A DNA stretch of 64,000 nt from the NCBI GenBank assembly GCA_038143065.1, contig JAYQLI010000035.1:1152001-1216000 (forward strand). Direction: 5' to 3'. The notes below the pieces were generated by a model. The model was not told the origin of the DNA. It saw nothing but the letters and a program-made list of their open reading frames with translations, and made no database searches. The position numbers were made by a program, and so were the translations under genes. The DNA comes from Rhodospirillales bacterium (GTDB lineage Bacteria; Pseudomonadota; Alphaproteobacteria; Bin95). Shown piece after piece: positions 26,259 through 36,601 of this stretch (the stretch's first letter is position 1; every line of letters starts with the position of its first letter).

Positions 26259-26939
26259 ATGCTGCGATCATTAATGCTTGCCGCCCTTGCTGCTCTCGCG
26301 TTTTCTTCTTCGCCTGTTAAGGCGGATAACTATTACAACGCAGCTAATATCGCGTCAGACTCTCAGCGAACTTTAGAGGCAATAATTAAGGACACTCAAT
26401 TAGGTCCGACGGTAAAAAATCTAATGAAGAACGCAAAAGGCGTCATGATTTTCCCAGACATCATAAAAGCGGCCCTATTTATCGGTGGCGAGGGTGGCTC
26501 AGGTGTTCTAATGGCAAAACAATCAAATGGAGCCTGGAGCTATCCGGCATTCTATACGATGGGTTCAGTAAGTTTTGGGTTTCAAGCCGGCGGACAATCT
26601 CAGCAGACAGTCCTCATAATCATGACGCAAGGCGGCTTGGATGCGATCCTGAACGAACAAGTTAAGGTCGGTGCTGACATCTCCGCTTCTGCTGGACCTC
26701 GCGGAGTGGGAGCAGAAGCGGCTACAACGGTTGCTGGCGGCAAAGATGTCTTTGTTTACTCATTAAATAAGGGCCTGTTTGTTGGTGCGTCTGTGGAAGG
26801 GGCAATCATCGCTAAACGTAGTGACTGGAACCAAGCCTACTATGGTCAAACAACCACTCCTCGGCAAATAGTACAAGAGAATGCCGTTTCAAACCCAAAT
26901 GCTGACCCTCTTCGTGCAACAGCAGAGCTAATACGTTGA
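26259..26939 (+). CDS. Secreted lipid-binding SYLF (Ysc84-like) domain protein
   Basis: Signal peptide; AKGVMIFP..KAA..IGGEGGSGVL, WSYPAF, SFGFQAG, KGLFVGASVEG. Confidence 0.88.
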   Translation: MLRSLMLAALAALAFSSSPVKADNYYNAANIASDSQRTLEAIIKDTQLGPTVKNLMKNAKGVMIFPDIIKAALFIGGEGGSGVLMAKQSNGAWSYPAFYTMGSVSFGFQAGGQSQQTVLIIMTQGGLDAILNEQVKVGADISASAGPRGVGAEAATTVAGGKDVFVYSLNKGLFVGASVEGAIIAKRSDWNQAYYGQTTTPRQIVQENAVSNPNADPLRATAELIR

Positions 26940-27679
26940 TAGAAGAAATCATTGACCTTCGAACTACCGATGGAGAAATGGAAACCTTCATCTGCAGACC
27001 GGAACGTGGAGCTCCTGCACCCGCGGTTCTGATGTTAATGGATGCTCCTGGCATCAGAGAGGAGCTCTACGACATGGCACGTCGGCTAGCGACGACAGGA
27101 TATGCCGTGTTGCTACCAAACCTTTATTACAGAGCTAGCAAGGATACTAAGTACGGACAGGAAGTACTGAACCATGGCAGTACTGAACACACCCGGATGC
27201 GGGCTGTACGCACAAAGATGACAATTCCTCCAGTAATGGAAGATATCGCTTCGATATTATCTTACATCGATAAAATAGATGAAATTTCTAGCGGAAAAGT
27301 TGGCGTACATGGTTACTGCATGTCAGGACCCTACGCACTAGCTGCCGCCGCGCGTTACCCTGATCAAGTTGCAGCAGCTGCAAGCTTTTACGGCACCTGG
27401 TTAGTAAACGAAGACGCTGAAGAAAGCCCTCACCGAAATCTGAGCTCAACTAAAGGCGAACTTTATATTTCATGTGCTGAGGTAGATGACCTCGCACCTA
27501 TGGATATGGTTGAAAAGCTTAAAGGGCTTTTTGATGCTTCAACCGCAAGGGGGGAAATAGAAATTCAGCCTGGTGTTGTGCATGGTTTCGCTTTCCCAGG
27601 GCGCTGGTGCTATGACCGACCAGCCGCAGAACGGCACTGGGAGCGCCTAATCAGTCTTTATCGGCGCAACCTGATATAG
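26936..27679 (+). CDS. Dienelactone hydrolase family protein
   Basis: MDAPGIRE, PNLYYR, nucleophile elbow GYCMSG, HGFAF. Confidence 0.9.
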   Translation: MIEEIIDLRTTDGEMETFICRPERGAPAPAVLMLMDAPGIREELYDMARRLATTGYAVLLPNLYYRASKDTKYGQEVLNHGSTEHTRMRAVRTKMTIPPVMEDIASILSYIDKIDEISSGKVGVHGYCMSGPYALAAAARYPDQVAAAASFYGTWLVNEDAEESPHRNLSSTKGELYISCAEVDDLAPMDMVEKLKGLFDASTARGEIEIQPGVVHGFAFPGRWCYDRPAAERHWERLISLYRRNLI

Positions 27680-27685
27680 GACTGA

Positions 27686-27943
27686 TTAGGTTTCTAGCTT
27701 TGCTAGAAACCAGTCCAGTAACTTTTCTCACAATAGATCTTTAATGACAGCGCCTTCTATTGCGGTGTCGATATTGGGATTATCGTTGACCTCATTAATA
27801 AATACACCACGATCATTTTGCTTCAAGTCAACGCCATAGAGACCTTCACCCATCATAGACGCCACCTTAACCGCAACATTGATAACATCTATGGGGGTAT
27901 CCTCTAGGGAAAAGGTTTTAAAACCACCCTCTAAAGCAATCAA
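27686..27943 (-). pseudogene. C-terminal remnant of a RimK-like ATP-grasp ligase
   Basis: GEGLYGVDLKQ...INEVNDNPNID matches the ATP-grasp C-terminus; in-frame TGA at 27728-27730 is followed by EKLLDWFLAKLET*; no N-terminal part. Confidence 0.75.
27689..27711. terminator. Hairpin between convergent genes, possible bidirectional terminator
   Basis: GGTTTCTAGC-ttt-GCTAGAAACC, perfect 10-bp stem 10 bp after the hydrolase stop; no clear U-tract. Confidence 0.5.
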
Positions 27944-27945
27944 AT

Positions 27946-30900
27946 TTAATTAACTGTTCCGTACCCTCCCCGCCTGGCGTCTCAATGATGAAGGTATCTC
28001 CAGGCTGCATCTCCGCCTGATCTGCTCCCTTGAGATATTCAATTTTACCATCAGAGCGTTCGACACGATTTTCGCCACACTGGCCAGGTTCTCCCCCAGA
28101 CATGCCATACGGCGCTACCTCACGACGATTAGAGAGGATTGCAGCTGTCATTTTTCTTTGGAACCGTATCCTTCGAATTATTCCATCACCTCCCTTATTT
28201 CTGCCAGCGCCCCCACTTCCAGGACGAATGCCAAAACTTTCAAGTATGACGGGATACCTAAGTTCTAAAATTTCTGGGTCAGTGAGCCTTGTGTTAGTCA
28301 TATGGGTATGAATAGCGCTGACCCCATCCCAGGTTGGACCAGCTCCAGCGCCCCCACAAATTGTTTCATAATACTGGTGATCTTTATCACCGAATGTAAA
28401 GTTGTTCATGGTGCCTTGGCACGCACCCATTACACCTAAAGCTCCAAGTATTGTGTCGGTCACAACTTGACTGGTTTCTACATTTCCAGCCACCACAGCA
28501 GCTGGCTGCCTTGGATTAAGCATCGAGCCCTCAGGAACAATTATTTCGATTGGCTTTAGGCATCCATCATTCAGAGGAATATCCTGACCAACAAGCATCC
28601 GAAATACATAAAGGACAGCGGCTCGACAGACCGCTGCTGGAGCATTGAAGTTGCTGGATAATTGAGCAGAAGAGCGACTAAAATCTAATTTAGCGGTACG
28701 GGCTTCAGAATTAATCGAAATATCGACGGCCACAACCGCTCCATTATCTAATGCGTAGTCAAAAGAACCGCTTTCTAATGCACCTATCACCCGCCTAACG
28801 CTCTCTTCTGCATTGTCCTGCACATGTTTCATGTAAGCTTGTACAACACCGAGACCAAAGTGATCTATCATGCGCCGAACTTCACCGACACCTTTCTCAC
28901 AGGCTGCTATTTGAGCTTTAAGATCGGCTTCATTCTGATAAATATTTCGTGCAGGGTACTTGGCTGAAAGTAGTAAGTCTTCCAGGGCTTGTTGCTGGAA
29001 GGTTCCCTTATTAACCAAAAGAAAATTGTTAATAAGCACCCCTTCATGTTCGATATGTGTTGAATCGGGTGGCATAGACCCTGGAGTAAGCCCACCAACA
29101 TCAGCGTGATGTCCTCGAGCTGCAACGAAAAAGATAATTTCGTCGTCATCAAATACCGGCGCAACGACTGTTATATCTGGGAGATGGGTTCCACCATTAT
29201 ATGGATCATTGAGGGCATAGAAATCCCCTGGGTTCATCGCTCCGCGGCGTTCACGAATTATTGTGCGTACACTTGCACCCATTGATCCCAAATGCACGGG
29301 GACATGCGGAGCATTAGCAACAAGATTTCCATCAGGATCAAAAATGGCACATGAAAAATCAAGCCGCTCTTTTATGTTGACTGAATAGGCGGTGTTCTCC
29401 AGCGCCGCCCCCATTTGTTCGGCAACGGACATAAATAAATTATTGAATACCTCTAGGAGCACTGGATCCACTTCCGTGCCTATGGCGTTGGAGCGTTCGA
29501 TGGGAACCAACCTCTTCATCACTAGGTGATTCAGAGCTGTTATCTCAGCTTGCCAGCCTGGTTCAATTACATTAGCCCCAGTACGTTCTACTATTACGGC
29601 CGGCCCATCTATAACACTACCTGGCTGCATTTCCTCGCGAATGTAAAATGGAATCTCTTTCCAAGTTCCTCCAATATAAGCTGAGTGGTTTTCAATCGGA
29701 GCTATATGAACATCACTTTTAATTTCTTGAGCCTTCTCCTCTACAACATCAGTTTCGCCAATAGCTTCAGCAACTGCAACTGCAACTACCAGCGCCTTCC
29801 CTTCCATAATAAAACCATAACGCTTCCGATGCTCATCTTCGAAGGCACGGCGAACTTCTGCAGCGATATCACCGGTTTGCGGCAGCGGAATTTCTAGAGA
29901 AGAATCTGTTCCGTCATAACGAACATGCAGCCGCTCTTCTACTCGCAAGTGATCACTATCTGTTAATTGAGGCTGAATTTCAGCCTTTGCCTCAAAACCG
30001 AGTTCTGCAAGCACTGTTTGAATTTTCAAAAGAGCATCTTGATCAAGAGGCAATTCAATAGAGCGCTCTTTTACAGAACGAATATCTGCGAGACCCATTC
30101 CATAGGCCGAGAGTACACCTGCATATGGGTGAATAAATACGGTTTCCATACCAAGTGTATCAGCAATTAAACACGCGTGCTGACCACCAGCTCCGCCAAA
30201 GCAACAAAGCGCGTATTCGGTAACATCATACCCGCGCCGAATAGACATCTCCTTGATTGCGTTAGCCATATTTTCAACGGCTATCTGGAGGTAACCCGCC
30301 GCTATGTCTTCGATAGTACGCTCACCACCCATTTCCGCTTTCATGGTCTCGGCCAATTCCTGGAAACGTGAACGCGCGGCGTCCGCATCCAGAGGTAAAT
30401 TCCCATCTACTCCAAAAACACTTGGAAAGAGAGAGGGCTGCAAACGTCCCATCACCACATTGCAATCAGTAACAGTAAGTGGACCACCTCTACGGTAACT
30501 TGCTGGACCCGGATTAGCTCCAGCACTCTCTGGCCCCACTCTGAAACGGCCATTCTCAAACGCTAATATTGAGCCTCCTCCAGCTGCTACGGTATGGATG
30601 CGCATCATAGGAGCACGCATCCTAACGCCCGCAACTAGGGTTTCGAACGCTCGCTCATATTCTCCTGCATAATGAGATACATCGGTGGACGTACCACCCA
30701 TATCGAAACCAATAATTCGATTAAACCCAGCCATACTTGCTGTTTTTGCTGCTCCAACAGTACCGCCTGCGGGTCCTGATAAAACCGAGTCCTTTCCTTG
30801 AAAACGCTGCGCGTCTGCCAAGCCTCCATTAGACTGCATAAACATCAGTCTTGCGCCATCCAATTGGTCTGAGATGAGGTTAACATAGCGACGAAGAACT

Positions 30901-31586
30901 GGTGATAAATACGCATCAACAACAGTGGTATCCCCGCGCCCCACTGCCTTTACTAAGGGACTTACCTGATGGCTTACTGATACTTGAGCAAATCCTACCT
31001 CACGAGCCAACTCCGCCAATCGTTTTTCATGGGCGTGATAACGATACCCGTGCAAGCAAACTATGGCGATCGCAGTATATCCTTTACTCCGCATCCGCAA
31101 AAAATCTGCTCGAGCAGATATTTCGTCCAAAGGTTTTTCTATAGTCCCATCTGCAAGAACACGTTCGTTGATTTCAATGATTTCTTCACAAAGGAGATCG
31201 GGACGCTTTATTTGTAAATCAAAAAGGTTGGGTCGGTTTTGATAAGCAATACGAAGTAAATCACGAAAGCCTTTGGTAACGGCTAAGACAGTTGGCTCAC
31301 CTTTCCGTTCCAGTAGTGCATTGGTACCAACAGTAGTTCCCATCTATACGACATCTACTAGATCTCCAGGGATCGCATCATCTGCCTTTAATCCTAAAAG
31401 TTCTTTAATCCCATGTGTTGCAGCATCGGAATATCTCTCAGGATTTACGGATAGAAGTTTGTGTGTGACAACACTGCTATCTGGCTTCTGCGCAACGATG
31501 TCAGTGAAAGTACCGCCTCTATCAATCCAAAACTGCCATTTTTTGGTTGAAGCTTCTGAATCCATTGTATTTTCTGAAGAACTCAA
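27946..31586 (-). CDS. ATP-dependent 5-oxoprolinase, fused hydantoinase A/B type (in-frame TAG at 31344-31346; frameshift near 27968)
   Basis: [62 protein letters not shown]; restoring one G gives the canonical ETPGGGGYG. Confidence 0.92.
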
Positions 31587-31833
31587 ATTACTATTCCTTC
31601 GCTTCCATAAATTACAAACTGGCAGTTTTGCTCGGTTGTATCTACTACAATTATTTTATTTGCTGTTACATAGCTCTCCAACGATTTCCACCGATCAATA
31701 TATGCTAATTCATAAGGGGTTGAGAGCGAATGCCGGGAGTATTCGTCGGATCCTCTTCTACTTAGGCGAAAATTGTCACTAGGACATTTTTAAGGATAAC
31801 TTTAGAGCAAATAATTTCGCATGGAGTTATCAA

Positions 31834-32354
31834 ATGGGTGGATCCAATATCGCAGATTTAGCACAAATAGTAAGCAGTTTTGCCATGATTATGTCGGTGA
31901 TTTATCTCGCAAAACAAATACGATTAAACCAAAAAATCATGAAACTGCAGTTTGGCTTCAACTTAAATGACCGGCTTTACAAGCGTTATTTTGAATCTTC
32001 ACAAAATGAAAACTTCTCCAAATTTTTAGCGAAAAATTGGCGTGAAGACGATTTTGAAGATTTTGAATATTGGCGGATGACCCTCTGGATACAAACTTGC
32101 CTTGTCGATTTATTTGATAGCTATGACCAGTTTAAAAGCGGCTTAATTGGTAGAGAGCATTTAGACATGAGAATGCGTCTCATAAAATCTGGAATCATGA
32201 AAACCCGTATGGGAAAGCCTACTTGGGAATTTTGGAAAAAGAACGAGATAAAGAATTTATCGTTTGGTTTGAAAAAGAAGTATTCGGTGCAGCCTTAGAA
32301 TCAGATGATATATCCTCAGATGAATTGGATAAGCTCAACATGATTAAGAAATAA
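31834..32354 (+). CDS. Hypothetical protein, N-terminal TM helix plus helical domain (probable frameshift at A-run near 32235)
   Basis: GGAG RBS; ADLAQIVSSFAMIMSVIYLAKQIR; shifted frame continues RDKEFIVWFEKEVFG to TAA at 32354. Confidence 0.7.
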
Positions 32355-32462
32355 TATCGGCCTTAATTTTCAGCATTAAACATACTCTCTAGAGTTAACT
32401 CATAGCCTCGCTCTGTGCGATCCAATAATCTGAAAGTGGATTTATTATTAACTAGAAGAAAC

Positions 32463-32813
32463 TTAAAAAAGGCGACCTCCCAACGGCACTTTTTTGTTTG
32501 GTTGCATCAAAACAACATTACCTTCGTCATCAGGAAAACCGAGCAACAGAAATTCACTCATAAACTTTCCAATTTGTTTGGATGGAAAATTAATAACCCC
32601 ACCAACTAAAGTGCCTGGCAGATCCTCAACTGAATAATGCACGGTAATCTGGGCAGAAGTTTTTAGGACGCCAATTTCAGGACCAAAATCAACCCATACT
32701 TTAAAAGCAGGTCTTCTAGCTTCCGGGTACTTCTCCGCATCAACAACTTTACCAACACGAATGTCAACTTTTTCAAAATCCTCAAATGCAATGTAATTTT
32801 CTGGCTTCGGCAT
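32463..32813 (-). CDS. csaA: tRNA-binding / secretion chaperone CsaA
   Basis: FEDFEKVDIRVG, DFGPEIG..KTSAQIT, INFPSKQIG.FMSE.LLLG. Confidence 0.92.
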   Translation of the reverse strand: MPKPENYIAFEDFEKVDIRVGKVVDAEKYPEARRPAFKVWVDFGPEIGVLKTSAQITVHYSVEDLPGTLVGGVINFPSKQIGKFMSEFLLLGFPDDEGNVVLMQPNKKVPLGGRLF

Positions 32814-32826
32814 AATTAATCCTATT

Positions 32827-33314
32827 TTAAATCATTTGCTGCATTTGATACCGTCCCTCCAACACGTTCTGTGGCAATGGAAGTATCTTGGTCCCCAAGA
32901 TTGGGAGGGTTGATCGGAAACAATTAACGTGTGCTTTTTGCAAAGTGGCTTAACAGCTTCCGCCAGCCAGCACGCAAGGGCCGCGGTTGCCGCTTTATCT
33001 CCACTCCCAATATCCGCATGAATCAAAGCCGCGGGGCTTCTTGTGAACATCAGAGCCCCTGGAATGGTCTCACGAAAATCACCTTCAATTAAATCTTCAG
33101 ACGGAGGCATGCTATCGGGGTGAGCCATTGCCTTCCGTTCAAAAACGATAATTCTCCGACTGGGCATCAATGTGCGCAAGTGGTCATATGTTCGCCCATT
33201 TCCTAGTCCAAGCTCGAGTATTGGACCAGGAATGTCTGCGATAAGCCCAGCAGCTCTATTCAGACAAGCAAGCTGTGCTTCTAACCTTCGAATTGCACTC
33301 TCTAGGCGACTCAT
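32827..33314 (-). CDS. Small class I SAM-dependent methyltransferase-like protein (frameshift near 32906)
   Basis: MSRLES.IRRL.AQ, ILELGLGNGRTYDHLR, LIHADIGSG; shifted frame ends LPLPQNVLEGRYQMQQMI* at 32827. Confidence 0.85.
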
Positions 33315-33325
33315 TTTAGAACCGC

Positions 33326-33781
33326 TTAGTTACTCTTCGCTGAAACAGCTTCTCGAAGCTGAGAGGTAGTATTTTCTAAGCGTGAGGCTAAAACTTTTAT
33401 AATCTCTATGGCAACTTGAGGGGAACCATTTAAAAGCCTGATGAAGTTCTCTTTCCCAATTTTCAATGCCGTTAACCCTTGTTCTGTCTTCACAGTGGCA
33501 GTGCGGGGAACATCGATGAGAATAGCTATTTCACCTACAATCTGGCCTGAGCTCACCTCTGCCACCTTAATCTCACCGGCTGGAGTATCCACAATTACAT
33601 CGCCCTTACCGCTTATGATGACATAAGCAGCATCTCCCTCGTCGCCCTGTCTCATCATAACTGCACCAGGGCGAAAATTTACTCTGTCACTTGAAATTGC
33701 CAGAAGCTTGAGTTTGGAAGCCTCCATTTTTTCAAATAGCGGTATACCCCGCAGCAGATCCACTTCTTCCGCTAACGACAT
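33326..33781 (-). CDS. Stand-alone cyclic nucleotide-binding domain protein
   Basis: LRGIPLF, QGDEGDAAYVI, phosphate-binding cassette GEIAILIDVPRTATV; no HTH. Confidence 0.92.
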   Translation of the reverse strand: MSLAEEVDLLRGIPLFEKMEASKLKLLAISSDRVNFRPGAVMMRQGDEGDAAYVIISGKGDVIVDTPAGEIKVAEVSSGQIVGEIAILIDVPRTATVKTEQGLTALKIGKENFIRLLNGSPQVAIEIIKVLASRLENTTSQLREAVSAKSN

Positions 33782-33784
33782 TGA

Positions 33785-36403
33785 TTAGTTCTCCATGCCG
33801 TTGCCAGAGGTTTCTTTGGCAACGCGACCGTTGGCAACCTCAACGACTTTATCAAAGAATTTCAATAAGTCTGGATCACCTATTGCCCAAACAACTCCTC
33901 CAGGAGCGGCCTCCAAAACGCGTTCAACCAACGCATTTCTTGTACGACCGTCCATGGCATCTATAGCGCCATTTAGAACCAGCACATTAGGGCTTTTAGC
34001 TAGAGCTCTGGCGATGGCAATTTTTTGTCGTTGAGCACCAGATAATCGAGAACCACCAATTCCTACCTGATAGTCCAGCCCTGCCGCGACGATCTCACGC
34101 CTCATCCCCAAGTCATCGACAATTTCATCGACCAGCTGTCCAACTATTTCAGGACCTTCTGCTTCTCCATAAGCAATTTTACCAAAAAGGATATTATCCT
34201 GGATGGACGCGGCTGCGTTGTACTGAGCCGGATCAAAGAATTCTATCGCTGATGCTAGGTCTGCTGGGATGTTTGCGCGAAATTCACTTCTGGCGCTAAT
34301 TACACGCGCTCTTATATCGTCGGTAATTAAACCGAGGCGATGACGCGCGGGTATTAATTTGAAAGGCATAGCAAGTAACATTCCCCGCTCTTGCTCGTTT
34401 AATACCTCTGCCCCACCTTTTGACCATTTCGTCAATATAGTTTGATAATCAGGCAGCAAATCGGCTTTGATAAAGCTATACTGCTCAAATAACGGATCAC
34501 CTGGCTCCACATCAGCAAACAGCTCTACCATCAAAGTCGCAGCCTCAAAGCCGATGTTTAAAAGCTCATCTTCCAAACCCACTGTTCTTAGCGTAGCTAC
34601 CACGTAAGGGTGATCGCCTAGGGTCTCAATATCAAAGTCGTCAGTAACAATTGTTCCAAACAAAAGATTTTCAGCAAGGGATGAATTATCGTTATATTTG
34701 TCCGGGTCATAGGGTTCTATTAAATCACCAAGATTGTCAGAACTTAAACGACTAGCGAGGCGCACTCTAGCTTCCATAGTTTGTTCAGCTAAATCAGGCC
34801 TTCTGGTTGGGTCTATTGGACCGCGTAGCCCAAAGCCGTAAACATCACGGGAGAGTTCAACCTTATCAAGTATATCGATTAACTTCTGGTCTCCCTCGGC
34901 TGGGTTGCTCGCACCCAATACAGAATAATTTACCCAATTATCATCGAAGTCTTCATTTGAATTACCCGATCGCGCATTTTCTAATAGTCTAGCTTCTCTT
35001 TCATTTGCCTCTTTGTCACTTAATTCTGGCACGTTAACTGGCCGATTTTTAAGACTAAAAAGTAAATTTGCTCGAACGGTATCAGAAAAGAGGTAAGCAG
35101 AAGAACCAACGTATGCCATCCGTCGGCCCGTGAAAGCTTCTGGCAATCCCTTGAAATCGTCGTCACCTACGGTTATGCGGCCTCCGGTTGGGAAGAGGAG
35201 GCGCGCAAGCAGACTTGGAAACTCTTCTTTACCGCCGCCAGGAGGGCCAACTATGGCAACCTTGTCACCAGCTTTAAACTGATAATTAAAACCTTGAATT
35301 GGAATAGCCGTTTCGTCTTCTTGGTAAGTTAAACCTTGCGCAACTATCGGAGTTTCAGCCGCTATTTGAGGTATCGAGTCTGGTTCATTAATCTGCAAAT
35401 CTTTATCAAGCATGCCAGCTGGATCAAACTGCTCCACGACTTGTTCATATTTAATTTTGGCATCCATGTATTGCTGATAAAAAGCCAGCAGTTCTTTCCA
35501 AGGAGCGTTCATATCCTTGTGAGCACCAATCACACCAATTAATGCACCAATGGACAGGTCGCCGTTGATCGCTAAATACCCACCAATGAGATAGAAGAGA
35601 AAAGGGGTGAATTGCGCTAAAAAATTATTAATGAATTTTATCACAAATTTTCGATGATAAATTTCATACCTTATTTGATATATGCGACCCAGATGACTTG
35701 AAAACTCCGCGCGCATTAAATTGGAGGCGTCGTTAGAGTGGACCTCTTCAATTCCACTAATACTTTCGCTGATTCTTTCAGAAACTCTTCTGACCGCCCT
35801 TACACGCTGCTTACCTAATGCATTTACCTTTCGCTGCAGCTTTGGAATTATCCAACCTTGGATTGGGAACATGGCGATTGCGGCCATACCCATGTAGATA
35901 TCCTGAACAATTATAAATATCAGAAAAGTAACAAGCATGCCTGCTTGGAAGACGGGCTGAGCAACGGCGTCACCAATAAACCCCCCCAAAGGCTCTACTT
36001 CTTGGGTTATCATAGGTATTACTTCACCCTGAGATACCCGTTTAAAATGTGGCTGGGGGAACCGTAAAACGCGGCTATAGAGATTATAGCGCAAGCGGCG
36101 AAGCATTCGCTCGCCCAACCGGCCTTTTGAAACATTTATATAATATTTAAAGGCGCCGTTGATGAGTACAATAACCAAAAAACACAAACACATGAGCACC
36201 AGATACGCAACTTGCTCAAACTCAAAACCGATAACGTCTTTCGGAAAATCAGAGACTTTTCCGCCTATGGCTTTATTAACGATGGTCTTCACCAGATCTG
36301 GTTGAAGATAAATGAACGGGAAGGCCGCGAAAGTAACTAACAACAAATATATCTGTTGGGCTTTACTATGTCGAAATATGAAACCGTAGATAGAACGATC
36401 CAT
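33785..36403 (-). CDS. ABC exporter-type permease fused to a degenerate, expanded nucleotide-binding domain
   Basis: Multi-TM N-terminal domain; Walker A GPPGGGKEE; signature LSGAQRQKIAIARAL; Walker B position VLVLNG; 872 aa. Confidence 0.88.
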   Translation of the reverse strand: MDRSIYGFIFRHSKAQQIYLLLVTFAAFPFIYLQPDLVKTIVNKAIGGKVSDFPKDVIGFEFEQVAYLVLMCLCFLVIVLINGAFKYYINVSKGRLGERMLRRLRYNLYSRVLRFPQPHFKRVSQGEVIPMITQEVEPLGGFIGDAVAQPVFQAGMLVTFLIFIIVQDIYMGMAAIAMFPIQGWIIPKLQRKVNALGKQRVRAVRRVSERISESISGIEEVHSNDASNLMRAEFSSHLGRIYQIRYEIYHRKFVIKFINNFLAQFTPFLFYLIGGYLAINGDLSIGALIGVIGAHKDMNAPWKELLAFYQQYMDAKIKYEQVVEQFDPAGMLDKDLQINEPDSIPQIAAETPIVAQGLTYQEDETAIPIQGFNYQFKAGDKVAIVGPPGGGKEEFPSLLARLLFPTGGRITVGDDDFKGLPEAFTGRRMAYVGSSAYLFSDTVRANLLFSLKNRPVNVPELSDKEANEREARLLENARSGNSNEDFDDNWVNYSVLGASNPAEGDQKLIDILDKVELSRDVYGFGLRGPIDPTRRPDLAEQTMEARVRLASRLSSDNLGDLIEPYDPDKYNDNSSLAENLLFGTIVTDDFDIETLGDHPYVVATLRTVGLEDELLNIGFEAATLMVELFADVEPGDPLFEQYSFIKADLLPDYQTILTKWSKGGAEVLNEQERGMLLAMPFKLIPARHRLGLITDDIRARVISARSEFRANIPADLASAIEFFDPAQYNAAASIQDNILFGKIAYGEAEGPEIVGQLVDEIVDDLGMRREIVAAGLDYQVGIGGSRLSGAQRQKIAIARALAKSPNVLVLNGAIDAMDGRTRNALVERVLEAAPGGVVWAIGDPDLLKFFDKVVEVANGRVAKETSGNGMEN

Positions 36404-36563
36404 GACCCACTTTCGCCCCTATAAAATAACTGTGAAGAATACAACTATTCGTGAAAGGCTACTCGAGCTCGTTTCAGCGGTAAACCTCTATCAAATAACC
36501 CATGGCGAATTAAAAAAGTAAACCTGATAGCCATAGTAAGAGAAGCTGGAGAACAGCCTAGAA

Positions 36564-36592
36564 GTCACCGCCAAACTCCGTTTGGCGGTGGC
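36564..36592 (-). terminator. Strong hairpin downstream of the aldo/keto reductase gene
   Basis: GTCACCGCCAAAC-tcc-GTTTGGCGGTGGC, 13-bp stem with one imperfect pair, about 10 bp past the stop at 36602. Confidence 0.6.
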
Positions 36593-36601
36593 GAGGGCAA
36601 A

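Noticed and set aside
31344-31346. Stop-codon reassignment or pyrrolysine as an explanation for the in-frame TAG
   Set aside because: TAG ends murB, ftsQ and ftsA at expected positions; single instance; no pyl genes seen
31273-31782. 169-aa plus-strand ORF
   Set aside because: Mostly antisense to the oxoprolinase N-terminus; no motif or RBS support
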